Source: an uncultured Phycisphaerales bacterium (lineage in GTDB: Bacteria; Planctomycetota; Phycisphaerae; Phycisphaerales; SM1A02). Taken from it: 64,000 nucleotides of DNA. Below the pieces are notes generated by a model. It worked only from the letters and a program-made list of their open reading frames with translations, did no database searches and was not told the origin of the DNA. Below are positions 18,673 to 28,113 of the stretch, one piece after another (the first letter of the stretch is position 1; each line of letters begins with the position of its first letter). The stretch covers positions 96,001 to 160,000 of the forward strand of contig CALKEP010000001.1 in NCBI GenBank assembly GCA_938084645.1, read 5' to 3'. Both the position numbers and the translations under genes were made by a program.

Positions 18673-19065
18673 ATGATGACGATTCTCACCGACACCGAAC
18701 GTTCGATCTCGTCTCTCGTTCCCGCCGCCGACCAGGCCGGTGAACTCACCGAGCTGGACCTCGATCATTCGAATCCCGGTACCGCGACCCTCGTCGCCGC
18801 CTGGGGGGATGGCGATGACGAGGAAGACGATTACGCGGGGATCTACGACGACGACGAACTGGACGACGACGACGACGAAGAAGAAGAGGAAGATGAGGAA
18901 GAGGAAGAAGACGGCCACGACGACGACGAAGAAGAAGATGAAGACGACGACGAGGTGTACGGTGACGACGATGACGAAGACGAAGAGGATGACGACGACT
19001 TCTTCGGCGACGACGACGATGACGACGACGACGAGGAAGACGACGAGGAAGACGACGACCTCTAG
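18673..19065 (+). CDS. Small hyper-acidic Asp/Glu-rich protein of unknown function
   Basis: 130 aa; last 86 aa contain 69 D/E; AAGGA upstream of ATG; mixed GAC/GAT/GAA/GAG codons. Confidence 0.72.
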   Translation: MMTILTDTERSISSLVPAADQAGELTELDLDHSNPGTATLVAAWGDGDDEEDDYAGIYDDDELDDDDDEEEEEDEEEEEDGHDDDEEEDEDDDEVYGDDDDEDEEDDDDFFGDDDDDDDDEEDDEEDDDL

Positions 19066-19115
19066 GCGTCGCCCGGCGTTTCGCACCCACCCGGATGCGG
19101 CTCGGATTGAATCGT

Positions 19116-20285
19116 TCAGCCGGTGTCGCGCAGGCGGGCGAGAAGCAGTTCGAATCGACCTGAACCCGGTCGGAGCAGGAGGATCGGATCGCTTTCGATG
19201 CCCGATCGCCGGGGAATCGCCAGCCTCTCCGCGAGCCTGATCCGGGTTGGCAGAAGTCCTCCGGACGCCGCGAGTTCGACAAAGAGCAGTCCATCGTCGG
19301 TCGCGGCGATGCCACGGTTCTCATCAAGCATCGATGCGACGATCACGCCCTCGGGAAACGGGCGCGCGAGATCACGTTCCGGCGACCACTCGACGAGTCG
19401 TTGCAGATCGGGGTGCAGGAAGATGATGCGTGGCGGGCCACCGGGTGGAGACGCCTCGATGCCGGCCTGAGGCGAGAGCATCGCGTGGACCAGGCGTTCG
19501 TTCGTCCGGATCGAGATGGGGTGCGTGATCATCCCGTCCCGGAAACGGGCCTCGTCCGTGAGCCGCGACCAGCCGAGTTCGACCGTGCCGTCGCCGCGTC
19601 GCAACGCGAAGATCGTCCGGCCGTCGTCGGCGAGCACCGGGTCGATCCAGGATCGTTCGAAGCGTCGTTCCAGCCGCCAGTCGGGCGTGTCCGGACGTCG
19701 CACCATGAGGTCGAAGGACGAGTCCTCGACCCGACGTCGACTCCACGCGAGCGTGCCGTCCGGACCGTTGGTCGCGAAGGCGTTGACGAATTCGTCGTCG
19801 ACGAGCCACGTCGGCGATCCGTCGGTCCACGGAACACGGCCGATTCGACGGGTCCCGTCGGGCCGCTGTTCCTCCACGAGGAATCCGTTCGCATCCGCGC
19901 CGCGCCCGAGCAGCCAGGGGCCACGAACCGTTCTCACCCGCACGACCTCGTCGGGCTCGATGCGAAGGATCTCGATCGGAACCACCGAGGAGGGGCGGGC
20001 ATCGGTCCTTGCCAGCACGGTCGGCCACGCCGGTGGAGCGCCGCTCCGCACCGCGAGAAACCGACCATCCGGCGAGGACAGGGGAATCGAGAAATCGTCG
20101 TAGTCGACCTCTCCGATCCGACGCCATGCCACTTCGGCGGAGACGTCGTTCGGGTCGAGGGACTCTTCCAGCTCGGTCCGCTCCGGGGTGATGAAACGGC
20201 CCGGAGTCCGCCCCACTTCGCGAGCGACGCACCCTGACGCAAGCACTGCCAGCAGGGCCGCTCCGGCGATTCTCCCGACGATCAC
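19116..20285 (-). CDS. Putative lipoprotein with TolB/PD40-like beta-propeller, coupled to the secretin
   Basis: Lipobox LASGC; SPDGRFLAV, GPDGTLAW, ADDGRTIF blades; GTGA overlap with secretin stop. Confidence 0.65.
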   Translation of the reverse strand: MIVGRIAGAALLAVLASGCVAREVGRTPGRFITPERTELEESLDPNDVSAEVAWRRIGEVDYDDFSIPLSSPDGRFLAVRSGAPPAWPTVLARTDARPSSVVPIEILRIEPDEVVRVRTVRGPWLLGRGADANGFLVEEQRPDGTRRIGRVPWTDGSPTWLVDDEFVNAFATNGPDGTLAWSRRRVEDSSFDLMVRRPDTPDWRLERRFERSWIDPVLADDGRTIFALRRGDGTVELGWSRLTDEARFRDGMITHPISIRTNERLVHAMLSPQAGIEASPPGGPPRIIFLHPDLQRLVEWSPERDLARPFPEGVIVASMLDENRGIAATDDGLLFVELAASGGLLPTRIRLAERLAIPRRSGIESDPILLLRPGSGRFELLLARLRDTG

Positions 20286-23032
20286 TTCTCGGTCGACGGA
20301 GGCGTGGCGTCACCGTCGGCCTCTCCGGAGGACTTCGAGTCCTTGGAATTCTCCGGATCCTCCGTGTCGTCGATCCGATCGAAGAACTGGTCCTTGGCGA
20401 GTTCCTTGGACATCTCCTCGAGCGGCTTGCTGAGCTCCTCGAGTCGCCGTCGTTCCTCGACGTTGAAGTTCGTGTCGTTCTCGTCGGGATTGTCGACCAC
20501 CACGGGGGTGATGAACATCACGAGTTCGACCAGGGACTTCGACTTCTCGGTGCTGGTGAACGCCGCGCCGAGCAGGGGGATGTCGCCCAGAAGCGGGACC
20601 TTGCGTTCCACGTCGGTATCGTCCTCGCGGCGGATTCCACTCAGCACGATCGTCTGGTTGTTCTTCACCGTGACGGTGGTCGTGGTCTGGCGTCGGTTGA
20701 CCACCGGGTTCGAGTTGATGCTCGCGGTGGAGGCGATGTTCGAGAGGAGGATCTCGATCTCCATCGCGACGTTTCGATCCTTGGTGATCCGGGGTCGGAC
20801 GTTCAGGCCGATGCCGATCGCCTCCTGTTCGAAGGAGGTGGTGGTGCCCTGCTCGTTGGCGGTCGAACCCGTCTGGAACGTGACGTCCTGTCCGGCGAAG
20901 AACTTCGCCTCCTTGTTGTCGCTGGTGAACACCCGCGGCCGCTGGAGGATTCGAACGTTGTTCTGTTCGGAGAGTGCCTGCAGGATGAAGTCGACGCTCG
21001 TGCCGACCTGGAGGAACGACGTGTCGAACCAGGGAGATGCGAAGTTGTCCGTGAGACTGGTGTTGTCGAGAACCAGGCTCTCGCTGCCCTTGGTGAGATC
21101 GAGCCCCACGGTGCCGCCCACCACGTTGTCGCCGCTGGCCTGGATGCCCGAGCCGACGCGGATGCCGAGATTCAGGCCGTCACCGAGCGTGACTTCGGCG
21201 AGGGTCGCGGTGAGCATGACCTGGCGGCCCGGGCGATCGAGATCGTTGATGATCGAGAGCAGGGCGTCCTGGATCTCCGGAGTCGCGAGCACCAGGAGCG
21301 AGTTCTGGCCCGGGTTGGGAACGACCCGGCTCTTGCCCACGAGGGCGGAGACTTCGGCGGACTCATCACCGTTCGCACCACGCCCCGACTGCCACGGGAA
21401 GGTGATCTCCTCGGAGGAGTCGTTGGTTCCGGTGTCGCCACCGCCACCGGCACTGTCGAAGTCGATTCCCGTCAGGCCCTCGTCCGGGGCCTGGATCCCT
21501 CGGCCACCGCCGCCAGCGGCCGCGAGCAGGGCGTTGAGGATGTCCGCGACCTCGATGGCGCTTGCGTGCTTCAGTTCGATGTTGACCGGCATGCCGACGC
21601 TGAGCGGCTGGTCGATCTCCTCGATCATCGTGTCGAGCCAGTCGAAGTTGTCGGGGGTCTTGGAGATGACGATCAGGCGGTTGGAGTCCGGATACGCCTC
21701 GATGCGGAAGATGTCGGCGACCGCGGCGTCGGCTCCTGCCGATGCACCACCACCACCCCGTCCCGCGGGCTGGCCGCCACCGCCGCCGCCCTCTTCGAGC
21801 AGGGCCACGAGAAGCGTCTTCACCTTGACGGGGTCGGTGTACTTGAGGTCGTAGAGTCGGAAGATGTTGCCCTCTCGGCTCGGCGGGATGTCCCACGCGG
21901 TCTCGATCAGGTACTTGATGTCCGTCAGGATCTCGGGCTCCGCCCGTACGGTGACGGCGTTGGTCTGGGGAAGCACGCTCACCTGAAGCTGATCGCTGGT
22001 CCCGACCTGTGGGAGGTCCTGCTGCGATTGCTGGGCCCCGCGCTGGTTCCGGGAGGTCGGAGCACGATTGCTGCCGCGCGCGCTCGAGCCACTGTTCGGG
22101 CTCGGGCTGAAGAGCTCGAGAATGATGTCGGCGAGCGTCTGGGCGTCCGCGTAGGCGAGTCGGAAGGTCTCCGTCTTCACGGCGAGGAAAGGCGGCACGT
22201 CGAGGAGGTTGATCAGTTTCTGGACGCGCTTGGCCCAGCCGATGTCGCCTTCGATGATGACCTGGTTCGAGTTCACGTCGACGGTCAGGTTGCCGTATTC
22301 GGGCGCCCCTTCGGAGAGCTGCGCCTCGACGTCGTTCACCTTCGCGTGCTGGAGACGGAAGACCTTGGTCACGAGACTTCCGTCCTCCGTCATCCGGGTG
22401 ACGTCGATCTCCGGCCCGAGCACGAGGCTCGGCTGGAAGTTGTTCATCTCCATGATGGAGTTGAGCATGATGAGATCGGGCGTCTCGACCACGCCGATGC
22501 CGTTCAGTCGGAAGGCCTGGAAGATCAGGTCGAGGGCCGCGTGCTTCGCGAGCGGTCGGTCGCTGAACAGCGTGATCTTGGTCGTGGTGAGCATGGTCGA
22601 CTTGACCATGAGCGCCTTGCCCGTCCAATCCACGATGAACGGGAGCACCTCCGACACGGTGACGCCGTCGAAGTTCAGGGGAACCGGCTCGTCATCGACG
22701 GTGCGCCGGGTGCCGCTCAACGCGGACTGCTGATCGGTGTTCGTGCCGGGCTCGCTCGCGGCGGCGGGCTCTGATCGGTCGGGGCCCGTCGCGGGGGCCG
22801 CGGCGGCCGGTGCGGTGGCAGGCCCGTCTCGAAGGGGTGCGTTCTCGTCCTGGCCGATCTCCCCAGCGGGCTGCGAGGTCGGGCCGTTGCGTTCCGGACG
22901 ACCGCCACCGTCCGTCGCCGTGGCACCGAAGGCCGCACCGGCGAATAGCAGGACGGCCGCGAAGGATCGATGGACGAGTCGTCGGGCGGAGGGGGAGTGG
23001 TCGACGAGGAGTGCGTTGCTTCGAGCCATCAC
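20282..23032 (-). CDS. gspD: T2SS-type outer-membrane secretin
   Basis: N0 (LNFDGV), repeated N domains (FRLQHA, FRLAYADA, LKYTD, LKHASA), DLDRPGRQV, PRVFTSDNKEA, KVPLLGDIPLLG, ELVMFITP. Confidence 0.92.
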   Translation of the reverse strand: MMARSNALLVDHSPSARRLVHRSFAAVLLFAGAAFGATATDGGGRPERNGPTSQPAGEIGQDENAPLRDGPATAPAAAAPATGPDRSEPAAASEPGTNTDQQSALSGTRRTVDDEPVPLNFDGVTVSEVLPFIVDWTGKALMVKSTMLTTTKITLFSDRPLAKHAALDLIFQAFRLNGIGVVETPDLIMLNSIMEMNNFQPSLVLGPEIDVTRMTEDGSLVTKVFRLQHAKVNDVEAQLSEGAPEYGNLTVDVNSNQVIIEGDIGWAKRVQKLINLLDVPPFLAVKTETFRLAYADAQTLADIILELFSPSPNSGSSARGSNRAPTSRNQRGAQQSQQDLPQVGTSDQLQVSVLPQTNAVTVRAEPEILTDIKYLIETAWDIPPSREGNIFRLYDLKYTDPVKVKTLLVALLEEGGGGGGQPAGRGGGGASAGADAAVADIFRIEAYPDSNRLIVISKTPDNFDWLDTMIEEIDQPLSVGMPVNIELKHASAIEVADILNALLAAAGGGGRGIQAPDEGLTGIDFDSAGGGGDTGTNDSSEEITFPWQSGRGANGDESAEVSALVGKSRVVPNPGQNSLLVLATPEIQDALLSIINDLDRPGRQVMLTATLAEVTLGDGLNLGIRVGSGIQASGDNVVGGTVGLDLTKGSESLVLDNTSLTDNFASPWFDTSFLQVGTSVDFILQALSEQNNVRILQRPRVFTSDNKEAKFFAGQDVTFQTGSTANEQGTTTSFEQEAIGIGLNVRPRITKDRNVAMEIEILLSNIASTASINSNPVVNRRQTTTTVTVKNNQTIVLSGIRREDDTDVERKVPLLGDIPLLGAAFTSTEKSKSLVELVMFITPVVVDNPDENDTNFNVEERRRLEELSKPLEEMSKELAKDQFFDRIDDTEDPENSKDSKSSGEADGDATPPSTEK

Positions 23033-23207
23033 GGTCGGTTTCCTTGCTTGATCCGTACCGAGCGGATCTCGGAGGGGATCGATGTCAGCGGTCGGTCGGT
23101 CGGGAGTCGGCCCGGTGGGCTCCAGAGTCTCTCGAGCGACGAACGATTTTCTTCGATCGAACTGATGGACGTCTTGGAAACGACGTGACGTCCCGATCCA
23201 TTGCCGG

Positions 23208-24134
23208 TCAGGCGCTTCCTGCGCCGGTCTTTTCCTGCCTGCTCTGTTCCAACTGCTCCAGTTCGTGCTGGAGTCGGATTCGTGATCGCGGGTCGATGTC
23301 CTCGCGCTGGAGGGCCTTGCGGACGCGATCTCGTGCCATCACGACGTCGGAGGGGCTCAGTGAGGCGATCTGCTCGTCGGACATCGCATCGGGCAGCGTC
23401 GAAGGATCGGCGTAGGTCGGCGGTGAATCGACCGGTGCCGCCGTGTCATCCTTCGCCTCGGCGGCGACGGGGGGGGCGGGGACGGGTGTCTTCGGCGGCG
23501 ACGCGGCATTTCCGCTCGCGGACGCGGAGGTCGGTTCGGTGCCTTCGAAGAATCGTCTGGTGGCGGAGGGGGGCGATGCCGGCTCGTCGAACATGCCGGA
23601 CCGACGATCGAGGAGATCGACCTCGTATTCGCCGCCTCGGTGGGCGAGCCGGACCCGCCAGATGCTCATGATCTCGAGGACCTTGACGCCGTCCTTCTCC
23701 TCGCCGATCGCGACCGCGTCCTCGGCGGATCCGAAGAGCACCAGGGTGCCGAGGATGCCGGTGGGACGAGGCCCGCTGTAGTTCGCGGGCGGGGGTGGGG
23801 GGCCCTTGGGCACGTCGGGTTCGGTGCGTCGTTCGGGCGTTCGCTTCGGCGGCGGCTTGGGCCGTGACTTGGGACGGGAGGGCAGGACGAACGCGGAGCG
23901 ACCCGAGAATCGTCTTCGATTGATCTCGGCCTGCTCGGCATGGCGAGCCGCCAGTTCCGCGACCGGATCGGAGTCCGGCGTCGTCCACGAGGAGGTGGTC
24001 GCCGCGGAGAGGAGGCCGGGGATCTCCGCGAGTACCACGCCGCCGGCGATCGCGATGGCGAGGACGCTGGTGACCAGCGTGCCCGACCAACGAATCTCCG
24101 AGAGTGAACCGAAGGCGTCTGGGATGCGGCTCAT
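23208..24134 (-). CDS. GspC/PilP-like protein (TM anchor, Pro-rich linker, HR-like domain, extra C-terminal helical module)
   Basis: N-terminal TM; TGILG...VAIGEEKDGVKVLEI....VRL.HRG resembles the GspC HR domain; position just before gspD. Confidence 0.55.
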   Translation of the reverse strand: MSRIPDAFGSLSEIRWSGTLVTSVLAIAIAGGVVLAEIPGLLSAATTSSWTTPDSDPVAELAARHAEQAEINRRRFSGRSAFVLPSRPKSRPKPPPKRTPERRTEPDVPKGPPPPPANYSGPRPTGILGTLVLFGSAEDAVAIGEEKDGVKVLEIMSIWRVRLAHRGGEYEVDLLDRRSGMFDEPASPPSATRRFFEGTEPTSASASGNAASPPKTPVPAPPVAAEAKDDTAAPVDSPPTYADPSTLPDAMSDEQIASLSPSDVVMARDRVRKALQREDIDPRSRIRLQHELEQLEQSRQEKTGAGSA

Positions 24135-24742
24135 GCCTTTCTCCTCGGCACGATCCAGGCTTCGACCACGATCCTGATCTCCAGATCCGGCCCGTCGTCG
24201 ACGAGATCGAGGCGGAGTTCGCTGATCGATTCGATCTCGGGCTCCGCTTCGAGATCGCGGATGACGTCGATGGCGGTCTCGGTGTCCGCGATGAACTCGA
24301 GCTCGCAGATGATCCGCTCCACCCGGCCGCCGGCCATGGTGCTCAGCGGACTGTTGCTCGGCAGCTTGCTGCCGGTTCGTCCATCGATCTTGGGGACGAT
24401 CTTGTACTGCGAGCAGATCTCGCTGATGGTCGACTCGAGCCGGGTCGCGCCCGGTGCCGCCGAACGGGGAACCTCGATGGGGCCGAGGGCGGTGGCGAGA
24501 CGCTCGATCTTGGGGTCCGTGGTTCGATCCACGGTACGGGCCCGCTCGATGGTGCGGGCGATTCGATCACTCTCGCCGTTCCAGGAGTCGGTCGTGGGTC
24601 TGACGTACTCGTCCCACACCAGGACCGCGATCAGGGCCAGTGCCGCGGCACCGATCAGCCGCCACATCGGCGAGAGTTCGAGGAAGCGATCGACGAGGTC
24701 CGGCTCGCGCCGGTTGTCGGTGGCAGGCGTTCGTCCGCTCAT
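24131..24742 (-). CDS. GspM/PilO-like protein
   Basis: Single TM, coiled coil, ferredoxin-like C-terminus (IRDLEAEPEIESISELRL); position in operon; ATGA overlaps. Confidence 0.6.
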   Translation of the reverse strand: MSGRTPATDNRREPDLVDRFLELSPMWRLIGAAALALIAVLVWDEYVRPTTDSWNGESDRIARTIERARTVDRTTDPKIERLATALGPIEVPRSAAPGATRLESTISEICSQYKIVPKIDGRTGSKLPSNSPLSTMAGGRVERIICELEFIADTETAIDVIRDLEAEPEIESISELRLDLVDDGPDLEIRIVVEAWIVPRRKA

Positions 24743-26697
24743 TTCGCCGTCTCCCGGACACGGGCCATGATGAGGGTGAATTCCTCCTTCAGGCGGGCCT
24801 CGGTCTCTTCATCGAGGCCGGGCATGAGCTTGGCGGACGCGACCTTGCTCAGGCGATCCTTGGCTTCCGCATTGCTCAGCGTCGCGATCTCCTCGGGCGT
24901 GATGGGCTCGGGGATCTCCTTCACGAAGTTCCGAGAGGCTGAACGGCTGCCGGGATCACTGCGTGAGGACGGTGTCGAGGAGGCGCGGCTCGAGGGCCGG
25001 CCACCGCGTCGATCGTCTGCGCTGGCGGATCGACGATCGTCGTCGTCCGATTCGGAGGACCCGTCGCCCGTTTCGTCACCGTCGTCGTCGTCAGCCAACG
25101 GTCGGGATCCCGTGGTCTCGGTCGAGTTCCCGGTGACGGGCTTCGCGTCGGCGCCTGTGGCGAGGTCGAGTCCGGCGAGTCCACCGGCGATCTTCGCATC
25201 GATCGCTTCGCGACCTGCCTCGCCTTCGATGAGGTAGCCGTCTTCGTCGACCGGCCCGTAGCGGCGTTCCGAGTACGAGACGATCGCGTAGTCCTCCTCC
25301 GCGGGATAGCGGACCATTCGCAGAGGATCGGCGAGTTCCGCGGTGATCGAGAACTCGGTGTACCCACGGCCGTCGGGTTCCTCGATCGAGGACTCCGGGC
25401 CGGAGTTGGCGACGAGCCCGCTCTCGCGGAGCCGGCGATTGAAGTCGAAGACGGCCTCCGCACCGGATCGCCCGCCATCGGCCTTCGCGAATCCGGATAT
25501 CGAGATCGGTTCGCCGTGCTGGACCGTGATCGACTTGAGCTCGATCGTCTCAGGCATGAGGTTCGAGATGTCGCCGAGGATCTTCGTGACCGACCATGCC
25601 TGTCGATCGAGCTCCCGGTAGACCTTCTGGAGGTTGTCCACCTTGTCCACGTGGGACTGGAGGGCGTCGAAGTCGTTGACCTTGCTCTGCATCACGAGCA
25701 GTCGCAGCCCGGAACCGGCGAGCGGAGTCAGCAGCAGCAGGATGATGGCCGCCATCGCGACGGCGACCGCGGTTCGTCCGTCCGAGAGTCGAGTTGCCGC
25801 GCCCTTGAAGAAGCCCGGCCGCTCGAAGCGTCTCTCCGACTGCATCTCCGCGAGCGGGGCGAGCGGGCCGTGCGATGCGGCGACGGCGGCGAGGATGATC
25901 CGATCGTCGGCCTGCGAGTCGCCTTCAAGGGCGGTGCCGGGGTTGGTGACGGCGGAACGGATTCGTTCATCGGCATCGGCGTCGGCGAGCAGGGTGCCGT
26001 CGATCGTCCGGCTCGCGGCGTCGGCAAGCATCTTCGCCGTCTCACCCTCCACCTGGTTCGGGGCCACGCCCTGTCCGGCCAGGGTTTCCACGACCAGTGG
26101 TCCGAGGATGGATGCGATGTCGCGGCTGCCGCCACCACGCGCTGCGCGGTAGGCGGGGCCGTCCACCGTGGGAATGACCGCGGCGATCGCGGCGGTCTCG
26201 GGATCGAGAATCGCATGGATCGAGGACGGCGACTCCCCGGCGAGTTGAGCGAGGCAGGCGATCTCGGGGATCCACCGAACTTCGACGGCGGCGTCGAGCT
26301 CGGGCAGGCCCGCATCGAGGCCCTCGGGCCAGGCCACCACGAGGCCCGTCGGATGTTCGGAATCGAGGCCGATCGTCACGATGCCCGACCGATGGGTCGG
26401 GGTGGAGCCCAGCATTCTCGCTTCCGCCTCGATTCGGATCGCCGATTCGACCTGGCCCGGAGCCCCGGGAGGGGTGTGAATCGTTCGTACGAGGGTGGCG
26501 GCCGAGGGCAGGATCGCGAGGACCTTGCCGCACTGCGCCGCTTCGAGATGGCCACGGAGATCCCCCGGATCACACCAGACGAGGGATTCGATCGCCTTGG
26601 AGCCGTTCCCGCGGACCATCATCACCCGATAACCATCACCGCGTCTGCGGCAGACGGCCATGAGGTTCGGGTCGAATTCGATGCGTCGCTTGGACAT
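24739..26697 (-). CDS. GspL-like / fused PilM-PilN-like assembly protein
   Basis: Cytoplasmic N-domain, one TM (~aa 310-330), coiled coil, W.....GDISNLMPETIELKSI..ISISG PilN-like domain; position after gspK. Confidence 0.62.
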   Translation of the reverse strand: MSKRRIEFDPNLMAVCRRRGDGYRVMMVRGNGSKAIESLVWCDPGDLRGHLEAAQCGKVLAILPSAATLVRTIHTPPGAPGQVESAIRIEAEARMLGSTPTHRSGIVTIGLDSEHPTGLVVAWPEGLDAGLPELDAAVEVRWIPEIACLAQLAGESPSSIHAILDPETAAIAAVIPTVDGPAYRAARGGGSRDIASILGPLVVETLAGQGVAPNQVEGETAKMLADAASRTIDGTLLADADADERIRSAVTNPGTALEGDSQADDRIILAAVAASHGPLAPLAEMQSERRFERPGFFKGAATRLSDGRTAVAVAMAAIILLLLTPLAGSGLRLLVMQSKVNDFDALQSHVDKVDNLQKVYRELDRQAWSVTKILGDISNLMPETIELKSITVQHGEPISISGFAKADGGRSGAEAVFDFNRRLRESGLVANSGPESSIEEPDGRGYTEFSITAELADPLRMVRYPAEEDYAIVSYSERRYGPVDEDGYLIEGEAGREAIDAKIAGGLAGLDLATGADAKPVTGNSTETTGSRPLADDDDGDETGDGSSESDDDDRRSASADDRRGGRPSSRASSTPSSRSDPGSRSASRNFVKEIPEPITPEEIATLSNAEAKDRLSKVASAKLMPGLDEETEARLKEEFTLIMARVRETAK

Positions 26698-28113
26698 TCA
26701 GTCTTCTCGGTACTCGATGATCTTCACCGGCAGGGTTGAACGATCGACCACCGCGTGGATTTCAATTTCCTGTCCGGTCCGGGAGATTCCCCGGCTGGAG
26801 ATCGAATACACCCACCCGGTGACATCGAGTTGGTCGGCGACCGTCGAGAGCAGGTCGGGATCGATCCGACGAACTTCCAGAAGGTCCACGATACTCGTGA
26901 TTCCCTCGGCTCGCGACTGACGCAGGGCGAGGATCGATTCCGCGATCGCGGGATCGTTGTCGAAGATGAGCGCGAGCACGTCGGGGCCGGCGGTGTTGAG
27001 GTTCACCTTCCCGGGGATCCGCTCCGGACCGGAGTAATCCGTCATCGTGCACTCGGCGAAGATCGCCTTGAGTTGTTCGGTGTCGAGGGCGGAAACGCCC
27101 TCATCGTCCGATCCGCCTCGACTGTTCCGCGAGGTTCGTCCGGTCGATCGTCCGCGACTTCCGCCGGTCTGCTGGGCGGGCTGCCCGACCAGTTCGCCGA
27201 GGTCGACCGAAAGCAGAGGACCCATGACCCCGTTCGCCGTCTCGGCGAACGCCATCAGGGCGTTGGCCTGGGCCTCGTCCACACCCGTGACCTCCATGAC
27301 CTCCGCGCTGTCGGCGTCGGCGGTGAGGCGGATCTTCGGGAACCCGGAGCGTCCGAGCGGCGAGTCCGTGCTGCGTGCCGTGAGGTATCCCGCCCAGCCG
27401 ACGTCGAGTCGGCCATCGGCGTCGTCGTCGGGGGTGGCGTTCTCGCCGTCGTCCTCGTTCCCGTCGAGTCGGTTGTTGAGGTTCCAGTCCTCGCCCCGGA
27501 CGTATTCGGGCCACGCTCCGGCGACCAGTTCGAGTTCCGTGATCGATTTGAACGGGGCGTTTCTCGGGACGTACCCGAGATCACGACCTTCATAGAAACT
27601 CCGTTCCGCGCCGATCCCCTGGACCTCCTCGTCCTCGTCCCGCCAGTCGAGGATCGAATCGACGGTGTCGATGCTCATCTCCGGCAGTTCGCCGAGCTGC
27701 AGCTTGGTGATCGAGTTGATGTTCATCCGCGAGTGAAGATCGAGCGGCCCACGAAACTCCTCGCCCTCGGCGACGTGCCGGATGTCCCACGTGCCGGTTT
27801 CGAGCGAGCCCGTCCAGTCGAACTCGAGGTCGCGGACGACCGCCATCGGATCGTCGACATCCGGGGTCTCGGTGTGTCGGGCGAGGGTCGCGATGATCCG
27901 TTCGATGCCCGCGCGAGCCGCCCAGCGAGCCTGGACCCGTCCCACCGCGGACTGGCCGAGCACGGTGGTGCGCCAGGTGACCATCTGCGTCGCCGCGACG
28001 ATGACCGAGGCGATGGCGATCGACCAGAGCACCACGATCGTGGCGGAACCTCTGGCAACGCCCGTCCGTGCGTCACTCCTGCGGTCGTGTCGACGTCGAG
28101 CCCTCGTGATCAC
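26698..28113 (-). CDS. gspK: T2SS minor pseudopilin GspK
   Basis: RG-SATIVVLW, QARWAARAGI, RMNIN, SILDWRD.D, RNAPFKSITELELV.G, GKVNLNTA. Confidence 0.9.
   Translation of the reverse strand: MITRARRRHDRRSDARTGVARGSATIVVLWSIAIASVIVAATQMVTWRTTVLGQSAVGRVQARWAARAGIERIIATLARHTETPDVDDPMAVVRDLEFDWTGSLETGTWDIRHVAEGEEFRGPLDLHSRMNINSITKLQLGELPEMSIDTVDSILDWRDEDEEVQGIGAERSFYEGRDLGYVPRNAPFKSITELELVAGAWPEYVRGEDWNLNNRLDGNEDDGENATPDDDADGRLDVGWAGYLTARSTDSPLGRSGFPKIRLTADADSAEVMEVTGVDEAQANALMAFAETANGVMGPLLSVDLGELVGQPAQQTGGSRGRSTGRTSRNSRGGSDDEGVSALDTEQLKAIFAECTMTDYSGPERIPGKVNLNTAGPDVLALIFDNDPAIAESILALRQSRAEGITSIVDLLEVRRIDPDLLSTVADQLDVTGWVYSISSRGISRTGQEIEIHAVVDRSTLPVKIIEYRED

Noticed and set aside
18810..19060. 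(GAC/GAA)n tract as microsatellite or CRISPR-like array
   Set aside because: Imperfect, codon-phased, no repeat-spacer structure, no cas genes
18025..19327. Val/Phe-rich, Thr/Lys-rich and poly-Arg ORFs over the GAN repeat
   Set aside because: Alternative frames of the acidic protein; third-position variation preserves D/E only in the 18673 frame
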